IMG/VR virus record: IMGVR_UViG_3300014205_000212 | Coordinates: 1 to 64,000 of that record | Origin: a virus | Taxonomy: Duplodnaviria > Caudoviricetes | Length of the DNA: 64,000 nt | Reading direction: 5' to 3' (one strand) | Part shown: positions 44,701 to 57,900 of the stretch, in pieces | Numbering within the stretch: the first letter of the stretch is position 1 | Layout of the letters: each line of letters starts with the position of its first letter | Made by a program: the position numbers and the translations under genes | The notes under the pieces: model-generated | Told to the model about the DNA's origin: nothing | What the model saw: the letters and a program-made list of their open reading frames with translations, nothing else | The model's database searches: none

Positions 44701-45959
44701 GTTCCTCCTAGTGCTTTATATTTACTATCTGATGCTACTATACTTATTATATTTTTATTGAACTCTGCTGCATCATTTCTTTCAAAGATATGTTTAGTGG
44801 ATATATCAATTAATGATAAGTCAATATGACCATCTGAATCTATATTATGAATTATTACTAATGGATTAAATCCTTTCATGTTTTTATTATATAAAGCCCT
44901 GAATCTTGCATCCGTTGATTTTTCTAAATCCGAATACTTCATTGCTTTATAAACATTCAAATTAACCCCTAAAACTGTCAACAACTCCTTTATAGTTCTT
45001 TCACTAAATCTCTTATCTCCAAATACCTCTTTAGTTAATTCTTTAATGTCTAATTCTGATTTATCGATCTCAGCTATTCTATTTATAAAATTTACAAATA
45101 AATCTTTTTCTTGTTCTCCAAATGCAAACTTCAAAGGAATAATATCTTGTCTAATCTTACTTCTTAATTCTTCTTCTGTTAATGATGTAGCATAAGTGAA
45201 TTTCTGTTCCTTATCATATACATAATCATTATCTATCTTATTCTGATATAAACTTCTTAATACCTGATTTTCTATTTTAGTTTTTTCAGCTTCAATAGTT
45301 TTTTCATTTTCGCTTTCTGAATTATTAAGTAGATTAAATAATTCTCGTACATCATCTTTAACTACTTCTAAACTATATCTTAAATTATTATCCGGTATAG
45401 CTACTATTTTTACATTATCTTTATCATAAACTACTAATCTAGTCTTAATACCATAATCTCTTTCTATAATCCATGATGTTGCTACTGCATCTTTATTTGG
45501 TACTATAGCTAAATCATAATTATTCCTATTATTCTGAAATATAAACCTTGCATTTTGAGAAACACCTTTTGTAGAAATATTATTTTGCGTTATCATATTA
45601 CTATTAGCAAAATACTTCTTAATGTTTTCTCTAGCTTTTATCTCTGTTTCAGAACCTAATGTATATACTTCATTTAAAGATAAAAATTTTGATTTTCTAT
45701 ATGATTCTATTTTATCTTCTAATGTATTCTCTTTATAGCCCATTATTTTATAGGAAGATGTACTATCTATACCTTTACCTACTAAACCAAATGCCATTCC
45801 TTTAAATAAGCTAGTCATGTTTAATTCAGCTATTAGCTTTTCATTTATAGAGGAACCGTATTGTGATAAATTAGTATCATCGAATATTTTCCGTAATCCT
45901 TCTTCTGAATATTTATCAGGACTTAATTCATTTCCTATTTTTATTTTATAACATGCCAT
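41796..45959 (-). CDS. Large virion/ejection (cargo) protein
   Basis: 1387 aa, adjacent to the RNAP polyprotein, hydrophobic C-terminal segments; matches the crAss-like cargo gene layout. Confidence 0.7.
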   Translation of the reverse strand: MACYKIKIGNELSPDKYSEEGLRKIFDDTNLSQYGSSINEKLIAELNMTSLFKGMAFGLVGKGIDSTSSYKIMGYKENTLEDKIESYRKSKFLSLNEVYTLGSETEIKARENIKKYFANSNMITQNNISTKGVSQNARFIFQNNRNNYDLAIVPNKDAVATSWIIERDYGIKTRLVVYDKDNVKIVAIPDNNLRYSLEVVKDDVRELFNLLNNSESENEKTIEAEKTKIENQVLRSLYQNKIDNDYVYDKEQKFTYATSLTEEELRSKIRQDIIPLKFAFGEQEKDLFVNFINRIAEIDKSELDIKELTKEVFGDKRFSERTIKELLTVLGVNLNVYKAMKYSDLEKSTDARFRALYNKNMKGFNPLVIIHNIDSDGHIDLSLIDISTKHIFERNDAAEFNKNIISIVASDSKYKALGGTLNNSNGDIRNLLLTLTMMNMQSNMIANNESKIKIRNIGVVSPSYKLIQSRMITELSMMVEQVKILKKFPVFLNLIKNEAILATINNDTLYNIKYKQNYFAILTNHIKDLSTDSSLTDARRAFELKQYNILTRDDISNRDITKVLINRMRYLEKLMSLEEVYKNEEYQLLARAVMEKTSGFTELYNKVEDMGSMQKYFQSAHMISDSILQWFRDNYIKSNNEIIFKTKEAIKKLRKDELIDKVIKGSVNRSTIGKYVSDQGSNTFQHLFKTVEASKGIGKEVKKIFIPYIHWDKSNLDTKNEIGKTLTEDDLKFANLFLDLLEERYIDNILHNESLNNKVERTREDALNILKSSGYERGYIPVMDKTINELLVSGHISDSIKKYFKVTGNSSELIEEDINRNNDNYQNIFAKLGNQVNHAEILSRAGLNVEYDKGSDKPRYIIKDNYLNEVMSLDLEKIHGMFMLSSIRKEIIENKIIPIYNATLSIMEMYPHTDLLNNKEYLEAYLKRNVFKQDKDEKLNLNLPSIVFKQKVAADGQIIQPGFQIGGGMNLSQFGKSMIHSSSSWILAYNIKSAIKSAVFNNIALFTNSLSATLSGASKSNIAMPGITHINEAMIRMANVMIGDTKDFELIYKLGKRYNLILSQDKDLIDNPRMTKVNKNNIFQTYYMHLMNQAGDEMARVISMAAIMIKDDSYKAFSIDKQTGEVIYDKTKDGRYYDTNGKAKTKNGEHVLLESLRQRLIEEGQQDETEKNPILGYSFEESDGSFKWYADKFIIGAMDPTNKAFLGSMFLGMMISQFQTFMLTRLENLGIFAGTRNTTKGVGYRAIKDEDGNWITEKEIIKIEGMLQSVTKLANKLIYGGDLDTMTKFNLAKMSIQTTMLTLIAIFFFAGSDDEDKKKKLISVLWEYGKDLTPGPTALQLSMNPFTVFSIYGRMFKSIGTGDMEKVARQFGLTRNYYNIEEIFKTE

Positions 45960-45962
45960 AGC

Positions 45963-48900
45963 TTAACAATTAACTTTTTGTGTATTTGTGTTTTTAAATT
46001 CTGCAAATGATATTTCAGTATTTAATATTCCATCTTTATTCATTGTATTATTTAAAGCATTATATATTTCTCCTCTTTTATTTGCAATATAATTCCATAT
46101 TTCATTTATAGCTTTAGAATCATTAAACTTTATATTATTATTATTTAACATAAAATCTCTTACTGCTTTTTCAGATGATAGTCCAGCAACTGTACAAATT
46201 ATTTCTTCAACTAAATCTCCAGGAGTATATTTAATATTATTCCTTTCAAATTTCTGTTTTATCATTTCAGATAATTCATGATTTTCATTTATCATAGTTA
46301 CAGCTTCTTCTACTAATTCATTATATTTTGATTTATCTGAAATACGTAATGTCTTAAACCATAAATGTGCTATTTCATGTACTAAATCTGTCGTTAATAC
46401 AATATCGGAATTAACATATATTTCTCCATTATGAACTAAAGCTCTTGTATTAATAGGTCTTCCTAAATGTTCATTCATTTGTTCTGTAGTAAATATATTA
46501 ATCTTTAATCCTGGTACCATGCTTTGTAAATATTGTATAAACATAGTTAAATTTTCTCTATTCAATCTTAATCCATCCATAAATTTCAAGTCAGTACTAT
46601 CTAAAGAGAATTTACTATTTAATTCTTTTATCTTCTCTAATAGATTAGCAGATTCTTCATTTACATCTGCTTTAACAAATTTAACTGTTGTATTATCTAT
46701 TGGAACAGCTTTAATTAAAACTCCTGTCTTTGTAGAATAAACAGATTTAGGATCATAATTATATCCATTTAAAAATGTCTTTATGATAGGAATAAAATTA
46801 TCCTTATTCATATCAGATTCTTCTTCTGCACTAAATACTTTTATTAATTCAAATGATGTAGCCTTTTTTATGACTTTATCTGTATCGACTTGATTATTAT
46901 TAACCCATACTGCATTAGTGTCTAAATACAAGTTATCTAGCGATTTCTTAATGTGTTTAAATTGATAAAGCTTTTTGTCTAAATAAACTTTCTTCAATAC
47001 TACATCAGGTCTTGCTCCATAAATATCTGTTGAATGTTTTTCTTTAGAATAGAAGTTAGAACCTCTATAACTATTAAACATTATATCTGATAATTGACTT
47101 GCTATATTATCTCTAAAATTCTTATCTGATAATTTAGATTCAAATGCTTTTATAGATTCTGAATAATTTTTCATCCAATCTACTCCCATCACATGAAGAA
47201 TACTTCCATTTATGAATTTTAAATCTCTTTGTATTATTTCATAAATCTGCATTAACTCTTTTATTTTATTTGGGAAACTTCTAAATTCATCTACATATTT
47301 CTTAATAGTATTTTCATTTATTTCCATACTATTTCTTAATATCAATGTCTGTGTTCCTTCAAAACCTGTAGTTTCTATTTGAGAAAAGAAATCACTTCTT
47401 CTTAATTTATTTAACTGATCAGGAGAAAAATTATATTCCGGATATTTTTCCATAATTTGTAAGTCAGTTAATTCTTTTACATCATCTCTAAATGTTATAA
47501 AGAATTCTGGAAACTTAGATATAAATAATTCTCTATCTGATAATAATGATAAATTTAATTTTTGTAAAATATTTTCATTAGAAGAATATTGTCCAAAGAT
47601 ATTTAGTTCTTTAGTAGATAAATCAAATGTTCTATCACTATAATATTGTTTAAAATATATATCATTTATAGGTTTTGCAAATAACTTCTGAAAGTTTATC
47701 ATATTATTTTGATAATCCCATTTTTGTAATTCATTTCTTCTTAAATGATACTGTTCTATTTCTTTTATAGCATCTGAATACATATAGAAATAATCTTTTT
47801 CTAAATCTCTTTGTTGACGTATAAGAGAAATATTTTTCATAAAGTGTGGAAAACTTCTTGCTATCTCAACTAAATTACCATTTGAATAAATATTTCTTTC
47901 TCTTCTAATTAATGCTTCTGTTAATAATTCTCCTTTACCAATATTAGAAGGTCTTACTTTTATAACTCTATCAACATAAAATTTAGATTCATCATTAGTC
48001 CATTTTTTAACTGATATTATAGGTTTATCATTTATATCTGATATAACCCCTTGTTCATTATAAGATACTATTACAGGAAGAATATTAAGTCCAGATGTTT
48101 CTTTAGTTATATCAAAATTATTAACTGTAGAAACATTAAGATTAAGTAATAATAATTTATCATAAAGATTTAATTGGTCTTTATTAGCTTTTGCCTTTGA
48201 TTCATAAATAGCATTACCACTTTCATATTCATTATTATAATTATCATAAGACTTTTGTGTCATAGTTTTTAAATCATAAATTCTAAAACTACCTTTCTTA
48301 TCTACGGTAATAATATCTAACTCTCCAGCTACTCCGATATTATCGCTTTTTATTCCTTTAATTTCACCTTCTAATTCTCTGCTCTTTAACTTAATATTAG
48401 ATGCATAAACTTTCTCTCCACGTAATTCAAATCCTTCTTTTAATGATTTTAAATATGTAACATATTTATCAAATACATCTTTAGAAGTAAATGCAGATGC
48501 ATAATCTTCATATTTCAATGATACGCCATTAAAATACTTTCTTAATATTTCATCTGACATATTACCTACTTCAATTGCTACTGATTTTACAGAAGTTATT
48601 TTTTTACCTTTTATAGTAGATAGATAATCTGAACTCCTTTGATAATAATATTCTATTTCACCTTCTGTATTTCTATCTACATAATGAGTTTTATCTGAAG
48701 CCAAAGAAACATATTGTTGTTGCTCAATCATTTTCTTAACTACTTCTGTTGTATTATAATTATATGTATCTCTAACTATAGTAGTTCCTGAAGATAATCT
48801 TTCTTCTGCTAATTTAGCTCTGTAATATTCATTATCAGATAATTTAAAATTCTCTTCATGATTATTGGATTGCCATTCTTTATTATCTAATAAATCATCT

Positions 48901-51900
48901 ATCGACATACCCATCTTTTCTATCTCACTTATTGTCGAAGCAAATTCAAAATCATTAACTTTTAAACCATTTCTTGTACCTACTACTGAACCAAATCTTC
49001 TAATCCATTCTGATTTACTTACTATGTCTTGAAGTGTGGTTAGAAGCTCTGTATTCTCTTTTATGATATCATCAATATTTGATAAATCTTGTTCATCTAA
49101 TTCAATTTCTTCTTGTTCTCCCATTAGAGCAATTTTCATCTCATTGAATTTAGAATTAAGATATTTATAATGAAGTGGGAAAGTTTCTTTTATAGACTTT
49201 CCAAGTTCTTCTTTATGGAGAATAACTATTTTTCCTTCTTTAGATCTACTCAATACTTTATTAATTCGACTATCTACATGAGTTTTATAGGCTTCTATAT
49301 TCATTAAAGATAAATCACCACTATCTATAATGTTTAAAGCATTCTCCATGCCTCTTATACTCTTTATTCCTTTTCCTGGACCTATAGGACTTTCATAGTT
49401 TTCTATATTATCTCCAAATACATATAACTTATTTGGATTATTAATTACTACTTGTTTAGTTATAGTATCTCGAGTTACAAATATTTTAGCTTTATCATAG
49501 CTTTGTTTATATTCTTTCTCTCTTTCATAAATCCTTTTAGTATTAGATTCAATATTTAATAAATATCTATTTATAATATCTAAAATTCTATGTTCTTGTT
49601 TGCTCTCTAATACATTAAATCCTTCTTTAACATCTGCATAAACAGATTTTATTATAGGTTCATTGAGGAATAACTTTATTTGAATATCATTATATCCTAG
49701 CATTAATAAGATAGGAACTATTGGAGATGTTGTTTCATCTACTCCCATCTTACCTAATGATGAATTTTTAATATTATCAATAGCTAATACAAGATAATCC
49801 CCTATTCTGATAGGTATAGACTTTAACCCTTTTACTTTAGATAATGATACTATATCTTTAAATCCCGGCATTAAAGAAGATAATTGTTCTTCTTTTAACT
49901 GCATAAGATATGATACTGTAGATAATGATTTAGCAAGTATATCAATAGACCTTAATCCGGAATTAGTCATTTCATATTGACTAATCATCGTATTATAAAG
50001 ATTGAATGATTTATTTGCAAATCCTCTATCTCTTAATTTTAGATATTTTTTTTGTTCCTTTTCAGTAAGATTATTAAAATCTTCTGTTTCTGTTACCTTA
50101 ATACTATTATTAGCTATATCATTTATAGCATCTACTGATGATTCAAGTAAAATATTTTCAGCATTTTCTATATTATAAACTGATTTTATTTTCTCAATTA
50201 TGTAGTCATTCAACTTATTATATGAATCTAATTCTTTTATATCCGATAATATTGATATTCCAGATGCTTTTAATGAAGCAGAAGCTGACTTATAATATAC
50301 CTGTAATTGGTCAATGTCAAAGTCACTATCATTTAATATTGTCAATTTAGGATTTATATAAATAACATTTCCTTTATCTTGTATAAAACCAATAATCTTT
50401 GCAGGAATACCAAATCCAAGTCTTGAAGAAGGTACACGTACTAAATATAGATTTAAACTATCTTCAAATGTTTCTAATGCAGTTATATAATCTCCTAATG
50501 ATAATACTTCTTTATCTTCATTTCTTAATAAAATGGTCTTCTCTCTATTTATTACTGATGTTTTTAATTCTTCTACTATCTTTTCATCTATAAGTGTATG
50601 AGCAACTTTTTTTAGATCTCCTTCTTTAGTAGTGTAATATAAAAATCTTGCATCATTAATATTTTCTGTTTCTAAAAATCCATATTTCTTAAAATGTGAA
50701 TACGATGCCACTACTTCAGCTTCTTGTAAACCTTCTTTAGTTATGTCTAATGTCTTTAAATCTCTTACTTTAAATTCTCCAAAGGTTCCATTCTTTTTTG
50801 CTTCTGTCAAAGTAAGATTATCTATAGTGCCAAATTCCTTCTCTATTGAATTAAGAAGTCTTGTTTGACCATTTGCATCTTCAAAGATTAATATTCCATC
50901 TCCACTTAATTGTGTGCTTCTAATACCATTAACTTTCTGTCTTATTAATGATGATGTCATATAATTCCTTATAATTTGTATCAAAGGTATTCTTACATTG
51001 TTTGTCTGTAATGATAAAGTCTTTGTTGATAATACTTCTCCTAATGCTCCGGCATACTTACTTCTATTTATAGATGATAGTCCAGTAGTTCTTAACCAAC
51101 TATCGAAATCATTTCCTATTTCTTCTATGATATTTGCATTTTCCATATCATAGATTAAAGAGAATGCTGTAAATATATCATTAGCATTATCTTTATTAGT
51201 TTCTTCTCCTGTACCTATAATAGATAGTATCTGATGCATTAATTGAACATTCTTTGTATTCTCTATATCTTGATAAGGGTTTAATACAAATCCTAAATTT
51301 CTTGTATTGAATTCTCTTCCATATAATCTTTGAGTAACAACTTCGCCTTTATCATTTGTAGCATATATTCCTTCGAAATTAAATGGATTTACTATTTCGG
51401 TTCCAGATTTACTATTTGTGGTTCCGGCTATACCCCAAGGAATATTAGACTTAATGATTTTTTTATTTTCATCTTTATTTAAATCTTCAATAAGCATATC
51501 AGATGCTTTCTCTATAGATTTAGTAGATGCAAAATACTTCATGAATTTCGCTCTTCCATTAAATGTATATTCTCCTAAATCATTTTCCTTGAAACTATCA
51601 ATATTATCTTGATCCCATGAAAATAACATACTATCTAACTTAATTCTATCAAGTAGATTTATATTATATGATTCGGTGGTTATGTCTTCCGAAGAATGTT
51701 TAATTGTATGATGATTATCTGTTACATAATCATGATCAACTAATAATGTTTTATATACCTTACCTTGAAAAGGAACATTCGTTTCTCCACCAAAGTTTTT
51801 TATAATTAATCGTGAGAATATAGGAAAGGATGTCATACCACCATCGTTTCTAGGAATAGATTTACCTAACTTTTCATCTTTGATATATGTGTCATTATTA

Positions 51901-54900
51901 TATCCTTGATCATCTATGATATAATATTTTGCTTTTAACTCAATACCATCTTCCGATATACTTTCTCCTATATTAGCATAATTAGCCGGTGTAGTTGTAG
52001 GTCCTAAATATTTAGTTTGCTTTGATAAATCTGAAAATGCTGTTGTATGATTCATTATCAAAGGCATTATATTTTGGTTAGTAAACATATATGAAAAGAA
52101 ATGACCTTTTAATAAAGGATTTAAATTATTATTCTTATCATAATATACTCCACCATCTACTCCATTTAGACTTGCTACATCTTTAGGTAACATAGTCTTT
52201 AATTCATATAGTTTATTTGTATATTCTCTATATGTTAAAGCAAATAATTTATCTCTATTTGATGTTGATTTATCTGATTCCCATTTAACTGAATTCTCAT
52301 AGTTAAAGACTCTATTATAATTTAATTTAGAGTTTTTAATATATGATTGATATGTTAATGCTAATCCCGGAAGAATAATTGTTTTAATTTTTTCTTTACC
52401 TGTTATTTTATCTACTTCTTTAGTTTTAGAAACAATATAATCTTTACCATCTTTAAGATTTAATAATACTGCTTGATAAAAAGCTTTTTTATTTTCTTCT
52501 GATAATCTATTTTGAAAACTTTCAAAGGCATTATATAATAATAAATGATTACCTGGTTTAAATATATCTTTTTCGTCAGATAATAAATCAGTCATTTCAT
52601 TTGCTGAAAATAATTTAGTATCTAAAAGATATTTAGAAAATCGTTTCCATCTTCTTGTAGATAAAGAATTTTCTCTTTTTAATCTTTTAAATTCTAAATC
52701 TACATGATTGTTAATTAGATTATCATTTAATTTAATACTTTCTATTTGACCATTATTTAATACAGTATAGAACATTCTTTCAGTTCCATTATTATCAAAT
52801 ATAATTTCTGCTTTAAATAATGATTCTGTATCTGATACTGTATTCAAGGATAATGATAATCTTTCTAATTTTGATGCAGAAGATTTCTTTACACTCTCTA
52901 TAAACATTCCGAGCATCATTTTATTCAAATCTATAGATGTTGGCTGTAATGTACCTTTATATCCTTCTATTCCTTTAAATGGCTTTATATATTCTAAAGT
53001 CATAGTATTTTTATGATTAGAAGAAGTTCCTATGATAGGATATAATAATTCCCCATTGTCATCTACTAGATTGCTTGTTAATATTGCCTGTGTTTCATTA
53101 TCATTTAATTCAGTTTTTATATCTTCCATTACTTGTTTTGGATTATTCATAATCCTTGATAATGAATTTTTCTGTATCAACTTAAATTCTCTTGTGTTAT
53201 CTTTTCTTCTTATCATTGAGATTCTATCATATGGTCTAATTTGTAAATCCATATCTGCAATGACATTTAGAAATGTATATAGGTCTGTTGGTTTATGAAA
53301 ATCATTTCCTACGAAATTATCATACTCTGATGCTTCTTCATCCATCATTTTCTGTTTATCACTAACAGATGATTTCTCTCCATAAATACCTATAGTCTTT
53401 TTATATTCTTCTATTTCATCATTAAATACATTAAGATTTTTAACATCTTGATTATATAATTCTTTTATTGCATCAGACATTTCAGGAGCATTTTCTCCAA
53501 AATAATCTTTATATGTATCAGAATTTCTTAATTCTTCTATTCCTAAAGTTTGATTTATATTGTTATATGTTGCCTTAAACATATTTAATAAACCATTAGC
53601 TATGAAATTTTCACCTATCTTGTTTTTAGGTGCCATAGTTTTAAAATTAGGAATTATTTGTTTAACTCTTAATTCTGTTGCTTCGCTATCTTTTAATAAA
53701 TTAAGAAATGTTGTCGGAGCTATTCCATTTAATCCAAATAATTTCTTTAACTTTAATATGTAGAATAAAGCATTTGATTTAAATTCATCTGTTAATTGAA
53801 CAACTCCATCTTCAGTTGTAATTAATTTAATTACATTATTACCTAATATTATAGATAGTGAATCTGATGTAACAATAAATTGTTTATATTTTTTACTTAC
53901 AAATTTATTCATAATTGACTCATACATTCTATCATTGAATCCAAACATATGCATAATCATTTGTTGTGACATCTCATTAGTTAATGATGCAACATTTGTA
54001 TTATTAATATTAGTAGTAGTAACTATCTCTCCATTTTTAGTTTGTTTTACTTCTGCAGTAAATCCACTTTGTAAATGCAATGAATTATTCAATGAACCAA
54101 AATGATTTAATATATTTTCTAATTCATCTCTTCTTAATTTAGATTCCTTATCTTTTCTTATATCTGCTTGCATGATATATTTCTCAAAAGAAACCTTCTC
54201 TGTATCATTAATAACTACATTAGTATCAAATAACCTTGCAATTAAATTATATGCTACTTGTGCCCTTCTTGTAGTTATAGGTTGCTGTTTTACATATTCT
54301 AATATTTCATCTTTAAATTCTAATAAAAATGATTTTTCTTTTAATCCTCTTTTATTAATTCTATCAGATATTTCATTTATCAAAGATTCAATATCATGTT
54401 TAGAAAAGAATGTTTTATTATCCCATCTACCTAATTTAATTTTACCATTGAATGCTTCTATGTTTCTATATGGTAAAGTTTCTAATATAAGTTTTAGATT
54501 ATTTGAAATTAAATCAGCCGGTTTAAATTGTTTACTCCATGTCATTGCATCAGTAGTTTTCATTCTCTGCAATGTTTCCGGATTAGTATCTGATACTATA
54601 TCAAAGAAGATAGCATCAAAGACATCTTTTTTAGATAATTGAAATCTTAAATATTTTTTAAAATCTGAATCTGATTCAATATTTTTAGCTTGATCAAAAT
54701 TTAACTCATTTAAACTATATTCTTCAGAACCTATATTTACTTTATATTCAGCATCTACTTCATTATCTTTATAAAACTGTAATAGATTAGAATATATATC
54801 TGAAATATTATTTCCTTTTACACTAGATAAAGATGAATAGAATGATTGTTGAACAAAACTATGAGCTATTTCATTTCTTAAAGATTGTACATTTCTCCCA

Positions 54901-57900
54901 AGTAATTTATTTAATTCTTGATATGTTACTTTCTTTGACTTCTTTACTTTCTTATTTATTATTTCAGATGATTCTGTATCATATTCTTCTTCTAATAAAT
55001 GTTCTTCTTCATTCAATGTTTCATCAGAAGACATCTTTGTAACATGATGATTATTTATAATCGGTGATTTATCTTTATAGTATCCGGATTCTATTTCTTC
55101 AAGTAAATCATTTAATTTATTTGTTTGAAGAATGTATCTATTATAGACACCTTCTAACCACTTCATAAATCTTTGTAGTAATCCTTTTACTGTGTATATA
55201 GATTCAAACTTATCTGATTGATGTTTATATCCATATTTATTAGCCATCCATTCTTCAGCATGGTCTTTATTATCAATTCCTATTACTTCACTTACTTCTT
55301 CATATATTTCTGTTTTCTGTTCTTCAGTTAAATAATAGTTCCAAATAACGTGAAATATTTCATGTCTTATTGTTGGATTGTTTACTCCTCCATTTTGTAG
55401 TCTTAATCTAATACTTCCATCTTTTAATAAGCCAAAACATTTTCTACCTTTATTTACTAATTCATTTTCATATAAGGTATTCTTACCCCATAATTCTTCT
55501 CCTAGTATATTATTAATAATTGAATTAGATTCTTCTATTGAAGATGTTAAATTAGCTCTTAACATTTTATTTAATAATCTATCATCTATAACTTTTTCTC
55601 TAGTTAATTCTGCATCATAAGTATCATCATTTGATTTATTTTCATTATCAACTAGATTATTAATATTAAAGAAATTATAAGGCATGTGGATATCCTCTGC
55701 ATTTGTTATAACCTTCTCTTTTACTTCATCAGATGTTATGTCATAACCATCTTTACTAAATTTCAAGTAATCATATCTTTCATCTAATTTAGATGTCAAA
55801 TAAGATATTTCTAATTCTTCATTATTCTTTTTTCCTGTTTTATTTATTCCGGATTGAAGATTAATTAAAAATGCTTTTAACATTCTTACTTCAGCATTGA
55901 TTCCGGTAAATCCTTTAGCATATATATCTAATAATGAACTATTTTTTATTCCTTCATAATTAGTGTTTATTCTTGTAATAGAATTCAATCCCTGTACTAC
56001 ATTTAAATATTTAGATATAACACCTAATTCTTCACTACTAAATAATGATTTATTATTATTTAAAATTTGAATTATATGTAAGGAATTAATTATACTATTT
56101 ACTTGTGGAGTTATTTTATCTTTTAATATTTCCTCTATCATTAATAAATCTTCTTCGATATAATTATTAACGATAGATGTATTTAGTTTTCTTGTATTCG
56201 CAACAACCCAAGGAGAAGAATTATTTATTTGTCCATAATCCCATCTTACAATTAATCTTGTTCTTCCATTTAGTGAGTCAAATAAAACCTTAGTATTAAA
56301 TTTTATATCTGATTTACTTGTTTGGTTTTGTATAGATTCAATAAATGAACTTATAGGTTGTTCTTGTTTACCATATATAACTGTTCCTTTTACTGATTCA
56401 TTACTTGATAAATTAATTAAACCTAAAGATACTTGTTCAAGATTATCCTTTTTAGATAAATCAAATCCTTTTTTTCTTAATCTGGCTGTATTTAAATTAA
56501 GTTGATTTAAACTTGGATTGCTAGTTTGAAAACCATTATTAATTTCTTCTTCAATTTCTGCTTCTGTTCTATTATAATTAGTAATTCTATTTTCATTAGT
56601 TAATTCAGTAGATTTAAATGTGTCCATAAGAACTGTAAGAAATAGAAAATCATCATCTAATAATATATCACCATTAGCATCGGTAAACTTGTTAACTATA
56701 TAATCATGTAATTCTTTATTAGTCTTATTAAGTTTATACATATACTCTTTCAATTCTTGTTGATTAGGTACAAACTTTATTGCAAGTATATTTGAACCTC
56801 TAAATTTTGCATCTGCTAATGATGCTTCTTTTAGATATATTAATTCTAAATTATTAATATTTAAATTATCAAAGATGAATTTAGTGAAAAGTCTTTTATT
56901 ATCTTTTCTTTCTTGTGTAATAGGTTCTTTACTTAATCCTTCGATGTATGTAAAATTTGTTCCAAACACTAAATTGCTATCTGAAACTTTAAATACTTTA
57001 TTTAATTTACTTTCTAATGTTTTATCTACTTTAGGATTTATATAAGAAATAAATTCTCCTTGATTAAATATTTTACCATTAGTTAATTCAAATACAGGAA
57101 CAGTATTATTTAATTTGATAGATTTTAATTCTACCATATTACCATCATTAATAAAGAAAACATCTCCTACAGATATATCTACTTCTTCTTCGTTTATTTG
57201 TATTGATAATGAATCTTTATTAACTTCTTCTATATTTTTATTTTCCTTTTTTTCTAATAAATTATAGTTTATTAAAGATTTATCTGTTTCATTTCCTTTA
57301 TCATCATATAATTGAATAGATACTTCTCCATTTGAATTTACATCATCTGATAATATTTTACATGTTATATTATTTAATGAAGGAATTACATACCAATCTT
57401 CTTTATTAATATTTTCTTTTGCTTTTATAACTTCTGCATTTATTCCTTTTGAAGCATTCTGTTTTATATCTTTTACTTTATCATCACCATAAATAATCTT
57501 ATCTAAATATATAGCCTCTAATTTCTTTGTTTCAAGTGCTTTTTCTTTATTTAAAACATTTACTGATGCAATATCTGTTTTGATATCATCAATCCACCAT
57601 GTAGGCTTTTTATCGTATTTTAAAGATGTAATTCCTATCATAGATATATATCCATAATTAGATACTCTACTTAATGCTGTATAAAAAACATTACCTTTAA
57701 GTCTATCATCTGTATATTGAGAATATTTTGCATAGTTTGGAAAATCTATTGCAATATAAATATTCTTCATTCGTAAACCTTGTATATTCTTATATTTGGT
57801 TTGAGATTTATTTGGATCTATAACATATATAAAATCTTCTTTACCTACTAGTCCAGGATTACTTGCAATGAATTTATCTGCTTCTTCTTGATTTAAAAAT